Shown: piece after piece, positions 25,506-35,538 of the stretch
Position numbering within the stretch: the stretch's first letter is position 1
How the letters are laid out: every line of letters starts with the position of its first letter
Source: Xylographa opegraphella
Lineage: Eukaryota
Direction of reading: 5' to 3'
NCBI GenBank assembly: GCA_022813865.1
Contig: JALDZX010000009.1
Coordinates: 248,001-312,000, forward strand
DNA: 64,000 bases
The notes under the pieces: model-generated
The model's input: the letters and a program-made list of their open reading frames with translations, nothing else
Told to the model about the DNA's origin: nothing
Databases searched by the model: none
Translations under genes and position numbers: made by a program

Positions 25506-27217
25506 TCACGCTTTCGCTTCCGCCTCAGCCAGCGCCTCGGCATAGGCGTCGGCATAGGCTTCGGCATAGGCGTCCGCGGAGCGCTGCATGTGGTGGTGGT
25601 GCCCGGCGCCGTGTTTGGCATCACGTCTGTGGGACAATAATATTAGCGAATGTCCGGTCAAGGTTGGTCGAAGAGCTAGGTGTCGTACTTCTGGGGAGCG
25701 TCTGGAGCGGCAGCGCCGGGTGCACCTCCACCTGGGGGTCCGCCGCCCATGCCGCCTGGTGGGCCTCCTCCCATGCCACCAGGGGGGCCTCTGCCCATGC
25801 CGCCTGGAGGGCCTCCCATCATACCGCCTGGAGGGCCGCCAATCATACCGCCTCTACCGCGGCCGCCCCAGCCACCTCTGCCACGGTCACCGCCGCCTCT
25901 TCCACGGTTTGCATCTCGTCTGTAGTGAAACACTGTCAGTGAAAGTCTGCGGGAAATGGTCGAAGAGCGATCGTACTTCTGAGGAGCGTCTTGTGCGCCT
26001 CCGCCTGGTGCACCTCCACCTGGCGGTCCTCCGCCCATGCCACCAGGGGGCCCTCCACCCATGCCACCTGGTGGGCCTTCTCCCATGCCACCTGGAGGAC
26101 CTCTCATCATACCGCCTCTACCCTGGCCGCCCCAGCCACCTCTTCCGCGGCTACCGCCGCCTCTTCCACGGTTTGCATCACGTCTTGATCAGCATCAGTG
26201 TGAGCGTTCGACAGAAGAGAATGCAACAGCGTACCTGACATGGTTGTGGTGTGCGCCGCCGTGTGCTGCTCCGCCGTGGAAGGCTTCTGCGTAAGCGTCT
26301 CGTCTGAAGAAGAGAGACGTTAGCATATATATGTACGATGGGATTTCAGGTGAGCTTACTTTGACGGTGGGGGTCCTCCGCCCATGGCTCCCATCATTCT
26401 CCCACGACCACGATCGCCGCCTCCGCCTCCTCGTCCACCGCCTCGTCCACCGCCAAATGGGTAGCCTGCTTCGGCGTCGGGGTATGCATCGCGTCTGGAC
26501 AAAAGTCAATGGACATCAGTCGGTAGCGCTGACAGTGACAGTGTCTCACTCTTGGTGGTGGTGGTGGTGGGGGTGATGGCCACCAGATCCGTGTCCATCT
26601 CCGCCGTGGCTGTGGAATGGTTCCGCATCACGTCTAACCACATGTCAGCCAATGTTCGGTAGTTTTGTTGTGAGAATATTTTCTTTACTTGTGGTCGTGA
26701 TGATGAAATCTACCTTTACCACCGTAGCGTGCTTCAGCGTCGGCCACTGCTTCCGCCTCCGCTTCGGCCTCTGCTTTTGCTTCTGCTTCTGCCTCTGCTT
26801 CTGCCTCTGCCTCTGCTTCTGCCTCTGCCTCTGCTTCTGCCTCTGCCTCTGCTTCCGGCTCCGCTTCCGGATAAGCTTCTCGCCTTCCAAACAAGTCAGC
26901 ATGCAAGTCTTCATGGTAAAAGACCAGTAAAACTACTTGTGATGTGCTTTTCCTCTCTTAGCGTCGGCGTCGGCGTCGGCTAAAGCTTCTCGTCTTCAAA
27001 GGTGTCGTCAGCAAGAAAACCCTCAACAGTGTCATAGGTGGACCTACGCATGGTGCTTGTGAGCATAGGCCTCTGGGTATGCGTATGCTTCAGCCTCAGC
27101 TAATGCATCCGCATACGCTTCTGGGTAGGCTGAAGGATCGGCCCAGGCCAGTGGGTTTGCGATCGCAACAGCTGTGAGAGAGAGAAAGGAAAGGACGACG
27201 GCACGTGAGAAATACAT
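25506..27217 (-). CDS. Secreted Kex2/Ste13-type polypeptide precursor (KEP-like), about 422 aa, 9 exons, His-rich and Gly/Arg/Met-rich peptide units
   Basis: Exons 27217-27048, 26993-26937, 26883-26689, 26633-26550, 26494-26360, 26303-26235, 26183-25977, 25919-25689, 25626-25506. All introns are GT..AG, 51-62 nt, with CTRAY branch sites. Signal peptide MYFSRAVVLSFLSLTAVAIA; KR/RR/AR/ER followed by EA/DA/YP/EP dipeptide runs. Confidence 0.88.
25627..26183 (-). repeat. Tandem duplication of an exon+intron cassette, with internal GPPGGM minisatellite
   Basis: Exons 7 and 8 both encode RDANRGRGGGxRGRGGWGG...(GPPGGM)n...DAPQK; the introns following both begin GTACGA and contain GCTCTTCGACCA. Confidence 0.9.
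26750..26870. repeat. Coding 6-bp microsatellite (GARGCA)n encoding a long (EA)n spacer
   Basis: Plus-strand runs of TGCCTC/TGCTTC. Confidence 0.9.
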
Positions 27218-29817
27218 GGTAAGAAAGAGATTGATGACGTGAATGAATTTAGAGGAGTAGTAGTGGAGAGAAGAAGCAGACGGTCTGTATCTCCAGTATG
27301 CTTCCAAGTGTGCTTTTAATGCTGAATAGGACCAAGGGGGAAGCCCTAGGATTTATACTGGTGTAGGAGATATGCTCTCCGTGGATACATCTTGATACAA
27401 CAAAAATTTCACAAACAGTTTGTTTCAATTCATTGATACTGCACTCTCCACGCCATTCCGTTCAATGCCCCAACAGGCGTGTCATTAGTGAAGGTCGATC
27501 AGGCGTGATTCATGGGTTTGTGGTTGGTGACCCAGGTTTCGGTCGAGAACAGAGCGGGCATGCAGAAAAGACAACATATGACATCCGTACATTGGGCTAG
27601 AGCAGACAGGAATGGACGCCGTGGCTGGCAGGGTCCGTGACGCCTTGAGCCATACGCGTTACTCGTTGCCGCGAAGTCCCAACGAGTAACAGACCTCAGA
27701 AGCGGGAGTATCAGTGGCGAGGCACAGTATGGTGCGGTTGACAGCCTCCACATTCAGTTGACGATGTGGTAGCCAGAACCAAGCATACCTCATTGATGTG
27801 GTCTAGTGCCCGGTTGGGTAGTCTAGTCGTAGGCCCACGCGTAGTCTTTCGAAACAAACAAGTAATATTTGGGAGAGATGTATCGTGTGTTAGGTCCACA
27901 ATCTTGAACGTTGAAAGACATAATGAGGACAAGCTCGAGCTTTTACTATGATGACTCGTGGGCTTGAGCGTTAGCGGGAAGGCAGCTAGACAGTCCCCTA
28001 AAGTGCTGCCTAATAGTTGAACTTGATACCATGCAGATCCCCCCCGGACGTCCATCGCGGCTGGGTTTCCAGGGGGATGGTCAGCCCCTAAACCGTTGCG
28101 TGATCCCGCCCGCCCGCTTTTAATGCACGAGGGTGGGGACGCGCGCATGTTGTGGATTCTTGCGTAATTCCAACATCTCCTCCACCTCAGCAGGGCCAGA
28201 CGGAGGCTGGGACTGCGACCCAAGACAGGGTGTACCAGATATTGCTGCATGACAATCACGTCTCCAGCCTCACACGGCCGAGGCCTGTACTCACTCGTGC
28301 CACAGCATCAGACCAAGATAACAGATCGGACAGCAAGTACGCCGCAACATGTCCCCCAAAATCTTCGTCCGATGTCCCACAGGCACAGTCTATACGACCT
28401 GAAGAATTATGTACTGGATTCAATGAGCCTGTTGATCCTTACAATGCGAAAAAGCACATGGTGGTAGTGCAGGCATGTGTAACTTGAGGCTGCGTAAAAC
28501 GAAGATCCTGCCATGATTTATTTCATATGAGGGTCTACCTGGTACCGCTCACGCACGACATCGGTCCTGTAGCAAGATTTGGGTGAGCAGTGGTCTAGAT
28601 CACCGCACCTGTGCGGCGTAACGGGGTCGCCTCATGCCTGTCTATCCACGTATCTACAGTGCACAGCATTCGCAAGATGCATGCCGTATTCAGCATAGCG
28701 TTCACTCATGATTTTATTCTGTTGCTACATTTTTCTGGATCTTATAACCACTGTATCTCCTTGTCAGTCTTGATATCCCAGTCCAAGCTGTTTCGCCATG
28801 TGCTCATGTTATGACCCCGTTGCCTTATTGCTCCACTTCATCCTCTGGAGCTGTTCTCAAACAGAAAGTGTCTTCCCAGACGGGCTCCACCATTGTGATA
28901 AGAAGAGCAACTATGTCCAGGTACTCGAGACACGTCCAAAGCACGCAATTTAATGCTACTCTGTATACAATACCCCGGTAAGTTTGTCTCGTTCGCCTGA
29001 AAGTCTCCAAGCAAATCCCGCTGTATCTATCGTCTTTGTCCTTGCTTTATATCCTACTCCGCAAGTATTGGATATACTGCCGCGTCAAGTCAGCATGATA
29101 ATATACTCAACTCTCCCTCTCGTGCGTGAAGAGCTTTCCGTCTGAACGATCAAAACCATTAATCGATGCCATCTTATACCTGACACAACACTCGGTGCAA
29201 TATGTCACGATCAGAGTCTCCATGGCCCAAACCTCTTCTCTGTCAGTCCTACAAATCAATCCGCCCCACTCCCCTATACCGTCCCTCTAAGAGCTGTGCT
29301 CAATACCCGAGATCCAAGCACTGAACTCCCTCTGCTCTCAAACGACCAGAGCAAGGCCCCAATCCGCGTCCTGGTAGATAGCCAGGCTTTTCGGCTCGAG
29401 GCTGCTCTCTACAGTAGACGCCGTGGTGCTGGCGACGATGACACAGTATCCTAGCTTCTAAGCGGTGAGAAAGGCGAGAAAGAGGAGGTGGCAGATGGTA
29501 GCAAGATCCGGCACTCAAGCAACGTTTGGCAGTTCAAAGATTCACAGGTCCAAGCACCCATATCTCAGCAGCACCGGCGCCTTAGTGATTTGCCATGATG
29601 TACAATTAGAAGCTATGTATTGCCCGACGGCGCCGTCGCCTGTATCGCGTCTATCTATCGAAACAAGAGTCGTAACATCGTGCTATCCAGATCTATCCCC
29701 GCTTCGAAAACCACAAAAAACGCCGTTATGTATGCTTGCCCCACCCGCCATGCTTATGCTTTTCAACCCTTAGACCCGTCTCTCGTACAGCCACCACGGT
29801 GCCAACGTCAGCAGCAC

Positions 29818-32289
29818 TCAGGCCCTTCCGAAGCCAAGGCCCATCCTGCCTCTCCACCCACTATCCGCCCTCTTTCTCGTCCCTTCTTCTTTCTTTTCTA
29901 CGATGACCTCCAGCTCCCCCACCCAGTCCCCGCTCTCGACCCTCTTGGCTTCGCTCTCCCTCCGCGCCTCGCTCTCCCTCCTGCTCCCCTTCCTCTCCCG
30001 CTCCAGCCCTCTTTGCCCCGCATACCACGCTTTCCGCTCCGCCCGCTTCTTCTCCACCCACGCTTGCGCCACGCCTCCCCTTTTGCAGGCCACACCCATC
30101 AGCTCGCCGACGCCCAGCATCTTCCTCGGCAAGCCCTGCACGACCTGGAATATCTCCATCGGATCGCTGACGGCCTTGATCTCCGCCTCGCCTAGTTTGA
30201 AGACTGCCAGCGCGACGCGGAACAGGGTGCGGCTGCCCTCGTAGAAAAGAACGTCCCATACTCGCAGGACGCTCTCGATGGGAAGGGTGCCGATGTAGAG
30301 GCTCATGAACCAAGAGGTTGTACAGAGGGATATGGGAGGCAGGCGAGTCGTAGACGTGGTAACTTCACCGCCAACCTTAGCCCAGATGGAGGGGAGAGCT
30401 TCCTTGAGGGCGAGCATGAGGACCCAGAGATCAACGTTCGCGCCCTCGAGGCTGAGCTCGTGGGTACCAGGCAAGTGGGTAGTAGTGAGGATGTGGAGGA
30501 GCCAAAAGGCTTTTTCTTCCGGAAGGAAGAGTAGGAGGAGGCCGGCAAGGAAGTTGAGTGACTGGCAGTAGCCGATCCGGGGATGGTGGATGGCAAATGC
30601 GGAGAGGACGCGGCGAAGGGATGAGAGAAGAGGTGTTTCGGTCGTGGGGGATTGAGGCATAAGAGGCTTGAAGTGTATGTTGTCAGGAAATGTACGGTGC
30701 AGGTCACGTTCGATGGCTTCGCGGTCGGCAGGATTGAGCTTTGGTGTCTGGGACTGGAGGACCAGCTCGGCGTAGAGATCGGGGCGGCGAAGTAGATATG
30801 ATTCGCCACCAGCGTAGTGGAACCAGGCCGCCCCTCTCCAGGCGGGTGGAAGACCCTTCCGTATAAAGCGCTGGACTTTGGCGGAGCGTTCCGGGAATCG
30901 AGTTGGGTCATGTATGGGAAGTCCCTGGTCTTGCATGAATGTTACCCATTTAGCACTGCGGCGTTCTTGGACATGGGCATACTCCGTATACCAGGCATCG
31001 TACTGAGAGGTGCTTATGTCTCGAGAAAACTTTTGAAATCCGTATTGATCATGAGTAGTATCGGGTACTCTTATTGATGGCGGCCGGGGGAAAATGCTTT
31101 TGAACACTTCTCCAGAAAAAATATCCGTCGAGTCTCGCATCTCTGGTGCTTTCAGCTTGGGGGGTTGTGACAAGAGTGTGTCGATCGTGTCATTCATCGC
31201 CTCTGCGATCTTCAGCGATCTCCTTTGTATCTCACTATCATTTGGAGACTTCATGATGTCTCCCTCGGCCAAACCAAAATCGTCCTCGAAACCCGCCGAG
31301 TAGAGATCAATTGCATCGTCGACTGTCATGCTTCCATGCTTGGGCAATTGATGTTCGTCAAGATCTATGCTGATATCACTCACCGAACTCAGTTTCGTGA
31401 ATATACTGCTGTGCTCAGTGCTTCCAGTGTCCGGCAGACTGGATGCACTGCTCAGCCCGGAGTGAATGCTGTCTTGTATGTCCTCTCGAACATACGAAGA
31501 TTTCCATCTCACCCAGTGCTCAGGGGTTGGTGATCTTCGCTTAGCCAAAGCCTCTTCATTCGCTTTTCTGGCACTGCCGACAAGCATCGGAGTGTGCTGT
31601 GATTCGTCCCCAATACTATCTGAAAATTGAGGTTGTATTGCGGTATGGGGTCTTGGAGGTAGCGCCCGGGTTGTAAGCAGCTGCTTTGGCTGTCGTTGTT
31701 TGGGAAGTCCATCGATCTGATTGGGGGCCTTGAAGGCTAAATGTTCTCTCTTGCGGTGAGGTCGCTCGTTGGATGTAGTCTCATCAGCTGAAGACTGTAA
31801 CGGCCATGAGCTTCCTTGTGAAATCCCAGCTGTTTGTGCTCGTAACTCAAAATCTTCGTGCTCGTCATATGGCTTAGGATCCATATCATAGCCTCCCGAG
31901 TCCAGAAGACTCCCACCAGACCTATCCAGGCCAATCCCGGTTATGTCACGAGGAGAATATTCCGTTGCTACTCTAGCATTCCCATCTGTCACCCGTAGCA
32001 CTTGACGGCTACTGACTCTACCCGATTTTGTAATATCTGAATCGAGGCTATATGCTGATCCATTGCCAGGTTTTCCAGACGGAGTCCGAGCGAGAGGCAG
32101 TGGGTGGACATGGTTGGCAGTATGAGGAGATTGAGGACTCGACCTGAAGCTCTTTTTCCTTCCAAAAATCAACAGTCGTGGCAGGCTCTTCTTTTTCTTG
32201 AGAGACTTCCCAGCAACTATAGTGCCGTCTGTTATCGTTCTCGAGCCTTCGGTGCCCATGTGCGTAGCGTCCATTCTGTGTACCGTCAA
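29818..32289 (-). CDS. TBC-domain Rab GTPase-activating protein (Msb3/Gyp3-like)
   Basis: IRKGLPPAWRGAAWF, IERDLHRTFP (Arg finger), GYCQSLNF (Gln finger), LRVWDVLFYEG; long disordered N-terminus. The 5' end is uncertain. Confidence 0.92.
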   Translation of the reverse strand: MTVHRMDATHMGTEGSRTITDGTIVAGKSLKKKKSLPRLLIFGRKKSFRSSPQSPHTANHVHPLPLARTPSGKPGNGSAYSLDSDITKSGRVSSRQVLRVTDGNARVATEYSPRDITGIGLDRSGGSLLDSGGYDMDPKPYDEHEDFELRAQTAGISQGSSWPLQSSADETTSNERPHRKREHLAFKAPNQIDGLPKQRQPKQLLTTRALPPRPHTAIQPQFSDSIGDESQHTPMLVGSARKANEEALAKRRSPTPEHWVRWKSSYVREDIQDSIHSGLSSASSLPDTGSTEHSSIFTKLSSVSDISIDLDEHQLPKHGSMTVDDAIDLYSAGFEDDFGLAEGDIMKSPNDSEIQRRSLKIAEAMNDTIDTLLSQPPKLKAPEMRDSTDIFSGEVFKSIFPRPPSIRVPDTTHDQYGFQKFSRDISTSQYDAWYTEYAHVQERRSAKWVTFMQDQGLPIHDPTRFPERSAKVQRFIRKGLPPAWRGAAWFHYAGGESYLLRRPDLYAELVLQSQTPKLNPADREAIERDLHRTFPDNIHFKPLMPQSPTTETPLLSSLRRVLSAFAIHHPRIGYCQSLNFLAGLLLLFLPEEKAFWLLHILTTTHLPGTHELSLEGANVDLWVLMLALKEALPSIWAKVGGEVTTSTTRLPPISLCTTSWFMSLYIGTLPIESVLRVWDVLFYEGSRTLFRVALAVFKLGEAEIKAVSDPMEIFQVVQGLPRKMLGVGELMGVACKRGGVAQAWVEKKRAERKAWYAGQRGLERERKGSRRESEARRESEAKRVESGDWVGELEVIVEKKEEGTRKRADSGWRGRMGLGFGRA

Positions 32290-33158
32290 CGAAGATCCAG
32301 TCTTCCAATTGGCATGAACCGCGAGGAGAAGGCCAGTTCTCTCGAGTGAAGTTGTGCAGAACTTCCCGCAGAGATGGTGGAGTTAGTTGGTCGACCAGTC
32401 CCCAGCATTATGTTCAGTCAGGTCCAAATATTTTCTAACGACAGTTGTGGTGAGTGTTGGTTGGAGCTACCGGGTTGGAGCACTAATGAACCATTGTTGC
32501 TATAAGAGTTGATCTGCACAAAGAGCTATTGATTGTTGTGCGCTGAATCAATAGCACAAATGAATGTGAATAGAAAGAAACCTGTACAATAGTAAAACAA
32601 TGAGGGGCAAAGGCCAGAGAGTGATGTTGAAGCTCAATCGTCGGAGGAAGATCCGGGTTTCACCTCCCGCCCAATTTCCGGTGGCGTCCAGGGGAGATTA
32701 AAAGCGGCCGAATTGCAAGGAAGTGCAAGCGAAGACCTGGATTTTATCAGTAGTCTACTCCGTAGTGATGTCCGTTGACAGCTATTATTTCCAAGCTGGG
32801 AGAGAGACCAGATCCACCATCCGTCAGGGTTTCCCTGCTCATCAGTGCAGGCCGCCCAGTGACTATTTATCGTGAATAATAAGTTCTGGCGGGTTCCGGC
32901 ACTTGGACTTCAATGTTCCGCAGCACGTCACGGTGCGCCGATGACCATGGTGGGGATAACTCATGGTAAGGTCACGAAGACGTCGCTGTGGGTTGTTCTT
33001 CGAGCTCTTTACAGATACGCAGATGACTCGAGCGCAGTGGTTTTGGAAACGCTTCACCAAACGATAGCCGATTACAAGCCAAACTCCCATCGTCATTCGT
33101 CCATCTCCGAGATCTCATCTCTATATTTGCCTACAAGAACCACGATAGCCCACCTCCA

Positions 33159-33841
33159 ATGCCCATATCTGTTGCTCATTCTACACGAAAGCACCTCCGT
33201 TCGGTACTTCCTTTCATCACCGTTCTTGTCACTGTCGCCGTATACTTCCTTTACAGGGCACCATCTGCACAGAAGATGCCGCCAAAAGCCCCCCTAAACC
33301 CATTCACCTTCCCCCGCCCTCCTCTCCTCGAACGCACTCCCCGTCACCTTCAGGTCAAATGGCAAGATATTGTTATTGCTGACACTAAAGACGCGTTCTG
33401 GGTTCTCGAAACTACTCATCCGCCCACCTACTACTTGCCTCCATCGTCCATACTTGCACCTCTCGCCAAATCCTCTCACTCCTCGTTCTGTGAATGGAAA
33501 GGAAGAGCTACCTACTGGGACATTGTACTACCGAAAAAGGCAAGCGCCATAGAGGATTTCAAGGAAGGCAAGGGAGAAAAGGTTAGGAATCGGATATGGA
33601 GTTATGAGGATCCCACAGACGGGTTCAAGTCAATCAAGGACTACGGTATTTTTCAGAATCCATAAGATCCTAATATGTCCACCACTGAGAACAATCTGCA
33701 GTGAGCTTTTACGCAGGGCCTTGGGACTGCTATGTCGATGGGGAACTGGTCAAGCCGCAGCCTGGAGATTTCTATGGGGGTTGGGTCACAAGTGAGATTG
33801 TAGGACAGGTCAAGGGTGGCCCGGGTACCTGGGGCTGGTAA
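33159..33841 (+). CDS. DUF427 family protein (2 exons)
   Basis: VLETTHPPTYYLPP, SFCEWKGRATY, WSYEDPT; last exon FYAGPWDCYVDGE..FYGGWVT..KGGPGTWGW ending at TAA 33841. The start may be the later ATG of MPPKAP. Confidence 0.9.
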
Positions 33842-34116
33842 GATAGCAGGCCGGACTGCTCATTGGGTAAAAAGCCCAAGCATTTGGAATTAGCACGGCG
33901 GATGAAAACCAGTTCAAGAGCGTGCGAGATTGTTCGTGAGCTGGCAAGGATCGATTCTCCTCTTATCGCAGATTAGATCCTTCAAAAGATACATTAGTAG
34001 GTCAACCCGATTGGTTTTTCTTTATCATGATTGCTTGCGTTATGTCTCGTGCTATCGAGTTTCTTGGCTATGAACCATCTCTTGAATTGTTTCAGCCAAT
34101 TCCATACCTTGACGTG

Positions 34117-35244
34117 CTATGTTTTCATCAAGTCCTCATGACATGCATGCCCCAGTCTGCATGTCTCGGGGTCGCTCGAGCCACAATTCTTGCCTATAGA
34201 ACGGCAATGCATGTTTGCCATGACGCACTTGAGGCATAGAGGCTTGGCCAGTGATTTCAGATTGGATTTGAGCTTCCACAAGACTCTCACTAGGTCTAGG
34301 CCGCAGATCTGGCAGCAAAGTTTGAGGGGGACCAAGTATCTGAACACTCTCTGCAAGGAGCAAAGGTTTTCAACGATTATCATAAGCGGTGTTTCTGAGA
34401 AACAAGGTGGCCACAAGTTGAGTTTGGTCATCTCGCGATGGCAAGTTGCGACTATTTGCCCAGCCCTACACAATCGTTCGGCCGATGTCCATGGCTCAAA
34501 GATATTCTTTGCTCGGTATGTGCTAAGAGGCTTGAATGCCGATACCATCATGTTTTCGCATCTGGCAGCAATCAGTTTCTGAAACTCCGAAAGGTAATCT
34601 GTTGTATTAGTGACAGATTAGTAAGGTAATTGTTAAAATCAAGCTGTGAAGAAGTGTGTACCTAGGATGCCTGACGGTAAGGGCACATGTTTTTGCTCAT
34701 ATTGTTCTATCTGGGAGCGTGTTGTGGAATCCCAGGTATAAAGAATATCCTGTGAAACACGCGCAAATCCAGCGTGATTCTTGAAGGCGTAGGTGACGTA
34801 GAACAGCCGAACACATCTTTCCTGATGCATGTCTCTCTCAACACTACTAAAAAGAAATGGCGTGTACCACAAAGGAGATTTTGACAGATAGCTCTCCAAA
34901 TGCAAGCTGCTCCACAACATGGCCGCATCCGTGGCGTCATACTTGTCGCAGAAGATACTCATATCTTCGATTAGTTCGAGGGATCGAGGTCGAACAGCTT
35001 TGAGCCCTTGGAAGTGAATGATACTGCAGAAGGTTTTCACTGTATCAAAACTATCGTCCGGCAGTCCTACTTTTTTCTCCCCAGAAGGGAACTTCGATGC
35101 CCCTTCGATGAATCTGGAGTTGAGCATTGCTTTGAAAACCGGAGAAGCGAGACATAAAATGTGGGATGATACGCGCAACATCTGCTTCTGCTCTGCAAAC
35201 CCAATCTCAAGGATTAGATTCCCTGAGGGGCAGATGTCGTCCAT
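34117..35244 (-). CDS. BTB/POZ-domain protein (2 exons)
   Basis: LRVSSHILCLASPVFKAML..FIEG..LPDD..FCDKYD; intron about 34660-34601 joins ORF 34117-34551. Confidence 0.85.
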
Positions 35245-35538
35245 AGCGGAGTGTTTGTTCACTGTCCTCAGGAGCTATTGGCGGCTCCGCCACGATGGAG
35301 AGATACCGAAGGTACATGATGTTATACGTTTAGAATTTGCTCAATCCGTCTAGGTAGTTCCTCTAATGCAACAACACATGTTATGTTGAAAGGTCGCCGT
35401 GGTCATGAACGACAGATGCGGCGTTGCCCTGCCAACAATCTCGGCTGTGGTCAAAATACAATTTCTGAGAAATATCATGTCTAACATGCTTGAAACCATT
35501 CTTTCATAGTAGATAGAAGCCGCAACTATCCTTTCACG

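Noticed and set aside
25440..26983. Plus-strand ORFs rich in Pro/Gly, (CL)n or (LP)n, and the minus (QK/QR)n ORF
   Set aside because: Antisense or alternative-frame shadows of the repetitive precursor exons.
25506..27217. Mating pheromone precursor or dikaritin RiPP precursor
   Set aside because: Units are heterogeneous and lack the short identical repeats of alpha-type pheromones; no UstYa/DUF3328 or tyrosinase gene was recognised nearby.
28780..29780. Stop-interrupted protein-like reading on the plus strand
   Set aside because: Too degenerate to support a gene or pseudogene call.
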